52,659 bases of DNA from Myxococcota bacterium. Its GTDB lineage: Bacteria; Myxococcota; Myxococcia; Myxococcales; Myxococcaceae. The stretch spans positions 1 through 52,659 of the forward strand of contig JBMORE010000185.1 in the NCBI GenBank assembly GCA_049322255.1, in the 5' to 3' direction. Shown in pieces: positions 44,205-52,659 of the stretch (positions within the stretch are counted from its first letter, which is position 1; the number at the start of each line of letters is the position of its first letter). Made by a program: the position numbers and the translations under genes. The notes below the pieces were generated by a model, which did no database searches, was not told the origin of the DNA, and was given only the letters and a program-made list of their open reading frames with translations.

Positions 44205-45016
44205 GACGCGCGCGCCTGCAGCTGCTCGAGATTTTCGGGAGGCATCGAGGTGCTGCCCAGCTTGCGCAGCGGAGCCACCTTTTCTCCGTGAAAGTCGCTT
44301 CCCGCGGTGGGAACCAGATCGAGCTCTTGGGCCAGGGTCAAGAACTTCTGCCGCACGCTGGGGCTGTGATCGGAGTGGTACACCTCGAGCCCGGCCAAAC
44401 CGACGGCGGCGAGGCTTGCAAGCTCGGAGCGCTCCAGCTTCGAAGTCCCCGGGTGGGCCACCGTGGCCGCTCCCTTCGCGCCGCGGATGAGGGCGATCGC
44501 CTCTTGTCCTGAGAGTCGGTACCGGTCGACGTATGCCCGCCGGCCGTCTCCTAAGTAGCGGTCGAAGGCCTCCTTGGTGTCGGCGCAGAAACCTCGCTCC
44601 ACCATCACCCGAGCGAGATGGGGGCGGCCCAGGTGGGCGTCGCCGGCAAGGGTGCGCACCTCTTCCATCGTCACCGGAAAACCCAGGGAGCAAACCTTCT
44701 CCACCATCCGTTCCATGCGTTTTTCCCGTTCGGTACGCAAGAAGGCGGAGAAGCCACCCAAGCGCGCGTCGCCGGGTTCGATGAAGTGCCCCAGGATGTG
44801 CACCTCGCGGTCGTTGATGAAGGCGGAGAGCTCGATGCCATTCACCAGACGCAGACCCCTCGCTGCAGCCGCGCTTTGGCACGCCCCGAGCCCCGCCACG
44901 GTGTCGTGATCGGTCACCGCGAGCACCGTCACCCCCGCCTGGGCCGCGAGCGCCACGAGCTCATGGGGAGCGTACTGTCCGTCGCTCGCCGTGGTGTGGG
45001 AGTGGAGATCGATCAT
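44201..45016 (-). CDS. PHP-domain phosphoesterase (YciV/TrpH-like)
   Basis: IDLHSHTTASDG, VTDHDT, GIELS, VHILG, GRPHLA, AHP, GSDFHG. Confidence 0.93.
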   Translation of the reverse strand: MIDLHSHTTASDGQYAPHELVALAAQAGVTVLAVTDHDTVAGLGACQSAAAARGLRLVNGIELSAFINDREVHILGHFIEPGDARLGGFSAFLRTEREKRMERMVEKVCSLGFPVTMEEVRTLAGDAHLGRPHLARVMVERGFCADTKEAFDRYLGDGRRAYVDRYRLSGQEAIALIRGAKGAATVAHPGTSKLERSELASLAAVGLAGLEVYHSDHSPSVRQKFLTLAQELDLVPTAGSDFHGEKVAPLRKLGSTSMPPENLEQLQARAS

Positions 45017-45024
45017 CGGGCGTC

Positions 45025-46950
45025 TTAGAGGCTCACCAGCACCTTGAGGTCCGCCGGGGGCGAGGGCTGCCCCACGTTGTCGTAGACGGTGAGCGTCACC
45101 TGGTAGAGCCCGGTGACCAAGGGGTCGAGGATGAGCTTCACCTTGTCGTTGGCTTGCTTCACCCCGTCCTGCTCCAGGGAAGCATTGGCGGCGTTGGTGG
45201 GCTTTTTGACCAAGCGGAACTGGTACTGGCTTCCGGTGGGCATGGTGGTGCCGGGCGGGTCGTAGCTGTTCATGCCCGAGATGATCAGCTCCTTGGCGGC
45301 AACGAGGCTGGAGAGGCGAACGCTCATGGTGCCTCTCTCGGGTTGGGAGCAGCTGACATCGGTAGGGTAGCAGCCTTCGACCACCGCCACCGGGAGCTGA
45401 TCGAGGGGCGAGTCGGAGTACAGCCGCACCACTTTGTACGGCGTCGGTCCGTAGTCGGGGTCGTTGGTGTCGATGCGCAAAACCCCAGTCTGGGTACCGC
45501 CCGACACCGGCTTTTTGTACTGGACGGTGGCGATCACCGCGGTGTTGGCCGCCACCTGGGTGCCCGCGGGGATGAGCGGTTCGACCACCGAGAAGAAAGG
45601 GTTGGGGTCGACGAACACCCGGTTCACCATGAGCGTGCCGCAGCCCTGGCCGTTCTTGATCTGCACCTGCTTTCTGGTCAGCTCGGTGGTGGCGTTCTGG
45701 AAATCGAGCTGCTCGGCCGGGTCGGTGGAGAGGCAAGGCTTGAGCCCACCGGCCAAAGAGAGCACCGCCTTCCCAGCGGGGCGGCCGGCGGAGCTCGCGG
45801 TCACGGTGAGCAGCTCGGTGGTGTAGAGCGGCGCGTCATTGTGCGAAACGAGGAGGAAGGCGGAGCCGCCCGGGACGATGGTTTGCCCCTGCACATTCTG
45901 GGTGATGGTGAAGCGGGTCTGGCCGGGGTTGCCGAAGGCCACCGAGTCGATGGAGATGTCGGCGTTGCCGCCGTTCTTGATTTCGAAGCGCGCCTGGTTG
46001 GGCTGCTTGGTGGGGTTGCCGCACAGGTCGAGCGGCTGGGTGAAGTCACAGAAGGTCGGCTGGGAGTACACCGAGGGCTCGGCGGCGCTTCCCCCCAGCT
46101 GGATGAGGAATTCCGGATTGGCCGGGTCGTTGGTGCGTACCTTGAGTAAGGCGTACCGCTGAGTGATGCCCGAGCCGTCGTTCTCGGGGGCAAAGCGAAT
46201 CTTAAGGACACTCTCGGCGCGCCCGTCGGCGGTGGTGAGAAGCAGCGGCGTCGCCGACGTCGGCGGCACGGCAGGCTCGTCGAGGAAGTACGCCAGGTTG
46301 GTTCCGCCGCCAGCGTTGATGCGCTCGAGCTCCAGCGCGGAAATTTTCAGCGCCGGGCAGCCGGTGTTCTCGAGCTTGATGAGCAGGGTCGAGCTCTCCC
46401 CGTAGAAGGTGTCGGGGAAGACTTGAAGACAAGTGCCACCGGTGAAGCAGGTGGAGTAGGTATCGGGCAGGTCCTTGTCCTGGAGCGAGACTTCGAGGGT
46501 CGGCTGCGCAGGCAAGTTGCGCCCCGTGCCCACCAGCGCCACCGTGACCAGGTCGGTGGTTTCATCGCCGTCGTCGATGGTCATCTCCGCCTTGGAGTCG
46601 CCCCGCTTGGTGGGCGTGAAGCGCACTGGAAATTCGACCTCCGAGGTCGCATCCACCGTCTGCGGGGTTTGACCTTCCACCAGCGAGAAGGCGTCCATCT
46701 CGGGCCCGGCGAAGGTGATGTGCACCTCGCCGGGCGCCTTACCGAGGTTCTTGAGCAAGAGCTTCTTTTCGTCGGGGAAGACGTCTTGCACCGGGTTGCC
46801 GCCCTCGTCCTGCACCGGGCAAGCCTCGAAGGACATCGCCTTGGGGTTGGGATCGAAATCGGGCCTGGCGCCGCCGGTGTTGGGGGGCTCGCAGCGGCAG
46901 CCTGCGAGCGCCAGGGTAACGGAAGCAACGAGTAGCCGGGAGGTACGCAC
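45025..46950 (-). CDS. Multi-Ig-domain lipoprotein (choice-of-anchor-D/ASH-like repeats, PKD-like C-terminus)
   Basis: Lipobox LALAGC; repeated (L/I)xNxG..L.I strands, VRF.P and RTNDP motifs; C-terminal NSYDP...GLYQVTLTVYDN. Confidence 0.75.
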   Translation of the reverse strand: MRTSRLLVASVTLALAGCRCEPPNTGGARPDFDPNPKAMSFEACPVQDEGGNPVQDVFPDEKKLLLKNLGKAPGEVHITFAGPEMDAFSLVEGQTPQTVDATSEVEFPVRFTPTKRGDSKAEMTIDDGDETTDLVTVALVGTGRNLPAQPTLEVSLQDKDLPDTYSTCFTGGTCLQVFPDTFYGESSTLLIKLENTGCPALKISALELERINAGGGTNLAYFLDEPAVPPTSATPLLLTTADGRAESVLKIRFAPENDGSGITQRYALLKVRTNDPANPEFLIQLGGSAAEPSVYSQPTFCDFTQPLDLCGNPTKQPNQARFEIKNGGNADISIDSVAFGNPGQTRFTITQNVQGQTIVPGGSAFLLVSHNDAPLYTTELLTVTASSAGRPAGKAVLSLAGGLKPCLSTDPAEQLDFQNATTELTRKQVQIKNGQGCGTLMVNRVFVDPNPFFSVVEPLIPAGTQVAANTAVIATVQYKKPVSGGTQTGVLRIDTNDPDYGPTPYKVVRLYSDSPLDQLPVAVVEGCYPTDVSCSQPERGTMSVRLSSLVAAKELIISGMNSYDPPGTTMPTGSQYQFRLVKKPTNAANASLEQDGVKQANDKVKLILDPLVTGLYQVTLTVYDNVGQPSPPADLKVLVSL

Positions 46951-47026
46951 GAAAGGACTCCTAGGGGTGAAGTCGGCCGCGAAACCTATACCCAATTCCG
47001 GCGGCGGAGGTATACCCCCGCGCCCC

Positions 47027-48238
47027 ATGAGCAAGAACGTGCAACGAAGTCTGCGAAAGGCCTACGAGCGCTCGCGGCGGGTGGACCCCAAGCCCATCAC
47101 CGGCAAGGAACGTCCGGCAGAGCTGTTCGCCCACGCCTTCGGCGCCTACGTGGGCCGCCAGGAGAGAAAAGGCTACGAGCTGATGCGCCGCTCGGTGGAG
47201 GAGGACGCGTCGATCTACCTCACCATGAGCGGGGCGATGACCCCCGCCGGGCTGCACCAAAGCTGCGTCATTCCCCTCATCGAGCGCGGGCTGGTGAGCT
47301 GCCTGACCACCACCGGCGCCAACCTGTACCACGACGCCCACCGGATCATCGGGCACGGCCTGCGGGAGGTCGACCCCAACGCCGGCGACCTCGCCTTACG
47401 CATGGCGCGCATCATCCGCATCTACGACTTGGGGTTTTGGGAAGAGGCGCTCCTCGACACCGATCGGCTCTTCTCGGCGATCATTTTGCGGCCTGAGTTC
47501 CAGCGGAAGATGACCACCCCCGAGTTCCACTACCTCTTGGGCAAGGCGGTGGACGAGATGGAGCGGGCGCTCCAAGTGAAGCAGCCCTCGCTCCTCTCCA
47601 CCTGCTACCGGTACGGGGTGCCGATCTTCGTCGGCGCGGTGCAGGACGGGTCGATCTTCCTCAACGTGGTCAAGCTCAAGCGCATGCTGGGTGAGAAGTT
47701 CAAGTTCGAGATCGACATCAACGACGACGTCTACGCGATGGCGGCGATGCAGCACTACTGCCGGCACCACTTCTCCAAGAAGCTGGCGATCTGGATCCTT
47801 GGCGGCGGGGTGCCGAAGAATTACACCCTGCAGGGAGAGCCGCTGCTCGACCAGATTTTCGGCGTGCCCACTCAAGGCTTCGACATCGACGTGCAGTTCT
47901 GCGTCGACCCGGTGGACAACGGAGCGCTCTCCAGCTGCCCGGCGGGGGAGGGTCACACCTGGGGCAAGGTGTCGGTGGAGGCGGTGGAGACGGGATCGAT
48001 CTATGTGCACTCTGACGTCACCGCCGTCTTCCCCTGGGTGACGTATGCGCTGTTTGGCGACCAGAAGATGAGGCGCAAACCCTTCCGCCTGATGGACCAC
48101 TACGAAAAGGCGCTGCGCTTCCTCGACAAGGACATCGCGAAGCGCAAGAAGAAGCTCGAGCAGACCATCCACTTCGATCTCGCCGAGGTGCCGCCTGTTG
48201 AGCACCCGCCCGCGGACGAGCGGGTGTTCGTGCGGTAG
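47027..48238 (+). CDS. Deoxyhypusine synthase-like protein (probable homospermidine-pathway enzyme)
   Basis: SGAMTPAG, TTGANLYHD, RIYD, LGGGVPKN, GALSS...EGHTWGK with the active-site Lys. Confidence 0.88.
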   Translation: MSKNVQRSLRKAYERSRRVDPKPITGKERPAELFAHAFGAYVGRQERKGYELMRRSVEEDASIYLTMSGAMTPAGLHQSCVIPLIERGLVSCLTTTGANLYHDAHRIIGHGLREVDPNAGDLALRMARIIRIYDLGFWEEALLDTDRLFSAIILRPEFQRKMTTPEFHYLLGKAVDEMERALQVKQPSLLSTCYRYGVPIFVGAVQDGSIFLNVVKLKRMLGEKFKFEIDINDDVYAMAAMQHYCRHHFSKKLAIWILGGGVPKNYTLQGEPLLDQIFGVPTQGFDIDVQFCVDPVDNGALSSCPAGEGHTWGKVSVEAVETGSIYVHSDVTAVFPWVTYALFGDQKMRRKPFRLMDHYEKALRFLDKDIAKRKKKLEQTIHFDLAEVPPVEHPPADERVFVR

Positions 48239-48250
48239 GGGTGCAGGGAG

Positions 48251-48865
48251 TTACCAGATAGAGGTCATGTCGAGCTCGAGACCTTGCATCTCGGGCTCAC
48301 CGGACAAGACGGAGGGTGCATCCAGTCGCTCAGGCGCTCGCCCCGTCCTGTAGACGAACACGAGACGATCCTCGGGGTCGATGAGAATGCCGAGAGCGGC
48401 GCCGTTGTCGCGGTACTCCGCCATCTTCGCCTGAAGCTCGCCCAGGTCTTCCGAGGGCGAGCGCAGCTCGATGACGAAGTCGGGGCAAAGTGGCACGAAC
48501 CTCCGCCGCTGCTCCGGGGTGAGCGCCTCCCAGCGTCGCTTCCCTACCCACGCCAGGTCGGGCGAACGCTCGGCGCCATTGGGTAGAATGAAACCTGTCG
48601 ATGAGTCGAACCCTACGCCCGTCTGGTTCTTGGCCACCCAGGCGAAGAACAGCCCGATGAGAGTGAAGTTTCTGCGGCCGGTCTCGCCTCCGGTCGGCGA
48701 CATAACGATGATCTCCCCCTCGCGCGTCCGTTCGATGCGAAGCTCCCGGTTCATGCGACACAACTCGAAGAGCTCGTCGTCGCTCAACGGGACAGCGGGA
48801 CGAATCCGCAGCGGCAAGTGCTCCGCGGGAGCTTGAATCGATACGGTCGTGCCGCCCAACTCCAT
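48251..48865 (-). CDS. Uma2 family (DUF820) putative endonuclease
   Basis: FDSSTGF.LPNGA.RSPDLAW, CPDFVIELRSPS, KMAEY, LIDP. Confidence 0.93.
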   Translation of the reverse strand: MELGGTTVSIQAPAEHLPLRIRPAVPLSDDELFELCRMNRELRIERTREGEIIVMSPTGGETGRRNFTLIGLFFAWVAKNQTGVGFDSSTGFILPNGAERSPDLAWVGKRRWEALTPEQRRRFVPLCPDFVIELRSPSEDLGELQAKMAEYRDNGAALGILIDPEDRLVFVYRTGRAPERLDAPSVLSGEPEMQGLELDMTSIW

Positions 48866-49030
48866 GCGCTCATCGTAACAGCGGGCAACCCCATCCAGAA
48901 GGGGGCTTCACGGGCGCAGGAAATGGTAACCGCCACCGGGCAAGCGCTTCCTTGCACGGCGGGCCGCCCGCTCGCCATAGTTAGAAAGGGTTGGCCACGC
49001 TGGCTTCGCTTCTGCCGGGGGTCCGCGACG

Positions 49031-49441
49031 ATGAAGGGTGTGCAAAAAGCTGTGAGAATCTGTCTCGTGATCTCAACGGGCTGTGCGAGCGGAGCGCCGG
49101 CGACCATCCTAACGCGGGAACCAATGGCGACGCCCAAGGAAGTCGAGACTCGAGTCAGCTGGTTGATGGTGCAGGTCGATTGCCCGGATCCTGCAGAGCT
49201 CGACCAGAGCAAGGAGTACTGCCCGGCGATCGATCTCGTGATCGCCACCGATGGCGTCGTTAACGATGCGCGTCTCGTCGCCCCCCCCGAGTTTCTCGGC
49301 AAGGACACGCAGGATTGCTGGCGTGCCAAGATGCTCTCATGGCGGTTGCCCCGCAGTGCAAAGGGCCTGGAGCTTCGCGGCTACACGTCTTACTGCACCG
49401 GCTTTCTCACCAAGCCTGACCCGGCCTACCTCAGCCACTGA
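49031..49441 (+). CDS. Small putative lipoprotein with an AgmX/PglI/TonB-C-like domain
   Basis: ISTGC possible lipobox; IDLVIATDGVVNDARLV...DCWRAKMLSWRLP pattern. Confidence 0.45.
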   Translation: MKGVQKAVRICLVISTGCASGAPATILTREPMATPKEVETRVSWLMVQVDCPDPAELDQSKEYCPAIDLVIATDGVVNDARLVAPPEFLGKDTQDCWRAKMLSWRLPRSAKGLELRGYTSYCTGFLTKPDPAYLSH

Positions 49442-49476
49442 GGGCGTCAGCGGGAGGGGCTCATCTGACGTAGTAG

Positions 49477-51474
49477 TCAAGTCCCCGTCGACTTGCCCGA
49501 CTTCGTATCGGGTGGCGCCACCAGCCGCAGCTGCCCGGCGGCGGGGAAGGACTTGGCGTCCACCTCGCGCTCCAGGTAGGTGTAGCCGCTCAGGCCGTCT
49601 TCATACATACGCAAAAGCTGCCGCGACTCGTCGAGGGTGATGCGCTGCTTGCGCAAGGCCACCTCGGCCATGCGCCGCACTCGCGCCACCATGTCGTCTT
49701 TGTTGTAGGCGACGTAGTTGAGCACCTCGGTCACCGTGTCCCCTTCGACCACGTGGTCGATGAGGTAACCGCCGTTGGGCGCCAAGGACACCTGCACCGC
49801 GTGGGTGTCGCCGAAGAGGTTGTGCAAGTCGCCCAGAATCTCCTGGTACGCCCCCACCAGGAAGATGCCCAGGTAGTAGTCGTCGTCGTTGAGCGGGTGC
49901 AGCTCGAGGAAGTCGCGCACCTCGCGCTTGTCGATGAAGTGGTCGATCTTCCCGTCGGAGTCACAGGTGATGTCGGCGAGCACTCCGCGCCGAGTGGGCT
50001 TCTCGTTCAGCCGGTGAATGGGCATCACCGGGAAGAGCTGGTCGATCGCCCAGGAGTCGGGCAGCGACTGGAACACCGAGAAGTTGCAGAAGTAGGTGTC
50101 GGAGAGCAATCGCTCGAGCGCTTCCAGCTCCTCGGGAACCTCGTCTCCCATCTCGCGAGCGATGCGGACAATCTTGTGGCACAGCGCCCAGAAGATGTTC
50201 TCGGCCACTACCCGCGCCTGCAAAGAGAGGTGGCCCAAGGAGAAGAGGGTGAGGCACTCCTCTTTGTACTCGGTGGCGTCGTGCCAGGCCTCGAGTAGGT
50301 TCTTGCGGGTGACGTCGCGGTAGGTGGCGTGCAGGTTCTTCACCACCGTGGGCGTGTCTTCGGGCAGCGGGTCGGGCACGCTGTGCACCCCGAACTCGCT
50401 CGCCCCCAGCACCTCGGTCACCAGCACCGCGTGGTGGGCGACGATCGCCCGGCCCGACTCCGAGACCAGGGTGGGGTGCTCGACCCCGGCCAGGTCGCAG
50501 GCCTCCATGATCTGGAACACCACGTCGTTGGCATACTCCTGGGTGGTGTAGTTCATCGACGAAGCGAAGTTGGTCTGCGAACCGTCGTAGTCGACGCCCA
50601 GCCCGCCGCCGACGTCGAGGTACTTGAGCGGCGCCCCCATGCGGCGCACCTCGACGTAGAAGCGCCCCGCCTCGCGCAGCGCGTTCTTCACATTGCGGAT
50701 GTTGGAAATTTGGCTCCCCAGGTGAAAGTGCAACAGCTCGAAGCAGTCGAGCAGGCCCGCCTCGCGCATGAAGGCAATCGCATCCACCAGCTCTGAGGAC
50801 GACAGCCCGAACTTCGAACGGTCGCCGCCCGAGGCCTCCCACTTGCCCGCCCCTCGCGAGGACAGCCGCACCCGAATGCCGATGCGGGGGTTGACGCCGG
50901 TGCGGCGCGCCACTTCGGCGATCAGCGGCAGCTCGCTGGGCTTCTCCACCACCATCACCACCTTGCGCCCCAGCTTCGAGGCGTAGAGAGCGGTCTCGAC
51001 GTACTCCTCGTCTTTGTAGCCGTTGCAGATGATCAGCGCCTCTTCGTCCTCGAGCAGCGCCATCACCGCGAGGAGCTCGGGCTTGGAGCCGGCTTCGAGG
51101 CCGTAGCCGTACTGCTTGCCGGTGTCGACGATCGTCTCAGCGACGTAGCGGTGCTGGTTGACCTTGATCGGGTACACCCCGCGGTAGGGCGCCTTGTAGC
51201 CGTACTCGGCGATCGCCTTCTTGAAGGCCTCGTTCAAGTGCACCACCCGGTGGCGCAAGACATCGGTGAAGCGAATGAGCAGCGGCAGGCCGATGCCGCG
51301 GCGACGGGTCTCGTCGACCAGCTCCTTCAAGTCGAAGCTGGGACCCTCCGGGCCTCCCGGGTGCACCTCGACGTGTCCTTTGGCGTTGATGCCGAAGTAG
51401 CCCGCTCCCCAGTTGGGGATGGCGTAGGTGTCCAAAGAGTCGGCGATCGTCCAGCGCTGCGGGGTGGTGGCCAT
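49477..51474 (-). CDS. speA: Biosynthetic arginine decarboxylase
   Basis: WGAGYF, YPIKVNQ (PLP Lys), LEAGSKPEL, HFHLGSQ, DVGGGLG, TCDSDG, GAYQEILGDLHNLFG; GGAGG RBS. Confidence 0.96.
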   Translation of the reverse strand: MATTPQRWTIADSLDTYAIPNWGAGYFGINAKGHVEVHPGGPEGPSFDLKELVDETRRRGIGLPLLIRFTDVLRHRVVHLNEAFKKAIAEYGYKAPYRGVYPIKVNQHRYVAETIVDTGKQYGYGLEAGSKPELLAVMALLEDEEALIICNGYKDEEYVETALYASKLGRKVVMVVEKPSELPLIAEVARRTGVNPRIGIRVRLSSRGAGKWEASGGDRSKFGLSSSELVDAIAFMREAGLLDCFELLHFHLGSQISNIRNVKNALREAGRFYVEVRRMGAPLKYLDVGGGLGVDYDGSQTNFASSMNYTTQEYANDVVFQIMEACDLAGVEHPTLVSESGRAIVAHHAVLVTEVLGASEFGVHSVPDPLPEDTPTVVKNLHATYRDVTRKNLLEAWHDATEYKEECLTLFSLGHLSLQARVVAENIFWALCHKIVRIAREMGDEVPEELEALERLLSDTYFCNFSVFQSLPDSWAIDQLFPVMPIHRLNEKPTRRGVLADITCDSDGKIDHFIDKREVRDFLELHPLNDDDYYLGIFLVGAYQEILGDLHNLFGDTHAVQVSLAPNGGYLIDHVVEGDTVTEVLNYVAYNKDDMVARVRRMAEVALRKQRITLDESRQLLRMYEDGLSGYTYLEREVDAKSFPAAGQLRLVAPPDTKSGKSTGT

Positions 51475-51605
51475 CGTGCTGCCCCTCCAAGAACGCGCCA
51501 CTATAGGGAAATGGTCCGGCATTCAACAGAGCCCGTGCGCCTGGAAGGTGGCGTGCCGGGCGGCCGCGGGGTGCCGTTGCCCTTGGGTCGCCCTAGCTTT
51601 GCGAT

Positions 51606-52659
51606 GTGGAAAGCTCGGCGCGACGGCGGGACGAGCACGCTCTGACGCCGCGACAAATCTACCGGCGGCTGGACAAGTACGTCATCGGCCAGGAGGAGGC
51701 CAAGCGCGCGGTGGCGATCGCCGCCTACAACCACCTGAAGCGGGTGGAGGCCCGTCGCGCCGGCAAAGCGGTGCTGCTCAAGAAGTCGAACCTCCTGCTC
51801 ATCGGTCCTACCGGCTGTGGCAAGACGCACCTCGCGCGACAGCTGGCCGCGACGCTGTCGGTGCCCTTCACCGCGGTGGACGCCACCGAGTACACCGAGG
51901 CCGGCTACTACGGAAAAGACGTCGAGATGATGGTCGCCGAGCTGCTCTTGCGCGCCGAGCAGAAGGTGGAGGAAGCCCAGCGCGGCATCATCTTCATCGA
52001 CGAGGTGGACAAGATTGCCCGCCGCTCCCAGACCGCGCGCAACGGTGCGGGAAGCCGCGACATCGGCGGTGAGGGCGTGCAGCAGGCCCTGCTCAAGCTC
52101 CTCGAGGGCCGGGAGGTGTACGTGCCGCAGTCGGTGGCCTCGCCGTGGGCGAAGGGCGACTTCGTCGCAGTGGACACCACCGAGGTGCTCTTCATCTGCG
52201 CCGGAGCGTACTCCGACCTTCTCGGCTACGGCGGCGAGGACGACAAGAGGCCGGTGGGTTTTGGCGCCGCGGAGGTGGCCCACCGCCCCAAGCCGGTGAG
52301 CCACAAGATGCTGGTCGATTACGGCATGCTCCCCGAGTTTCTCGGCCGGCTGCCGGTGACGGTGCAGCTGCAGAGGCTGACCGAGGAAGAGCTCTTACGT
52401 GTGCTCACCGAGCCGCCCGACGCCATCACCCGTGAATATGCCCAGCTGCTCGCGCTCGACGGCATCGACCTCGAGCTCTCCCCCGGGGCGATGGAGCGGG
52501 TGGTGCGGTTCGCTTCGATGCGGGGGTTGGGAGCGCGGGGCTTAAGGGCGGTGCTCGAGCAGGTGATGCGCGAGGTGATGTTCGACGCTCCCGAGCGACG
52601 CAAACGCCGGGTGCGCATCACCCGCGCCTTCGTGGACAGGCGCCTCGCCCACGTCGATG
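51606..52659 (+). CDS. clpX: ClpX-like AAA+ ATPase paralog lacking the N-terminal zinc-binding domain (3' end beyond window; absent from the ORF track)
   Basis: Manual translation: LTPRQIYRRLDKYVIGQEEAKRAVAIAAYNH, KSNLLLIGPTGCGKT, DATEYTEAGYYGKDVE, IDEVDKI, GEGVQQALLK, GMLPEFLGRLP, GARGL. Confidence 0.88.
   Translation, partial: MESSARRRDEHALTPRQIYRRLDKYVIGQEEAKRAVAIAAYNHLKRVEARRAGKAVLLKKSNLLLIGPTGCGKTHLARQLAATLSVPFTAVDATEYTEAGYYGKDVEMMVAELLLRAEQKVEEAQRGIIFIDEVDKIARRSQTARNGAGSRDIGGEGVQQALLKLLEGREVYVPQSVASPWAKGDFVAVDTTEVLFICAGAYSDLLGYGGEDDKRPVGFGAAEVAHRPKPVSHKMLVDYGMLPEFLGRLPVTVQLQRLTEEELLRVLTEPPDAITREYAQLLALDGIDLELSPGAMERVVRFASMRGLGARGLRAVLEQVMREVMFDAPERRKRRVRITRAFVDRRLAHVD

Noticed and set aside
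51604..51645. Short ATG-initiated ORF overlapping the clpX start, suggesting a programmed frameshift
   Set aside because: An in-frame GTG at 51606 explains the ClpX frame, and no slippery sequence is evident.

Overview
GC-rich chromosomal window from a myxobacterium (Myxococcota; inferred from gene content and codon style), containing one 100-N scaffold gap. The left ~21 kb holds envelope, housekeeping and stress genes: an AMIN-domain protein, lptD, an XRE regulator, an Ig-like lipoprotein, enoyl-CoA hydratase, M23 and M1 peptidases, serA, an EEP/YqjE/ElaB/YtxH-type stress cluster, a CHASE2 cyclase with a degenerate active site, an SDR, a 2Fe-2S ferredoxin, ampG and Uma2. The centre has two divergently transcribed complex I sets. 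The minus-strand set is nuoAB...CDGHI, interrupted by a 2.9-kb accessory insert. The plus-strand set is an 11-gene nuoABCDHI-JKLMN lacking nuoEFG, and it is the most interesting system here. Its NuoI carries an extra RnfB-type [4Fe-4S] domain on a Pro/Ala linker. Its NuoL has an exact 26-residue tandem duplication in the lateral amphipathic helix, the hallmark of '2M' complex I with an extra proton-pumping subunit, yet only one nuoM is present. The right end encodes a PHP phosphoesterase, a multi-Ig lipoprotein, a deoxyhypusine-synthase-like enzyme near speA, a second Uma2, and an atypical ClpX paralog that runs off the window.
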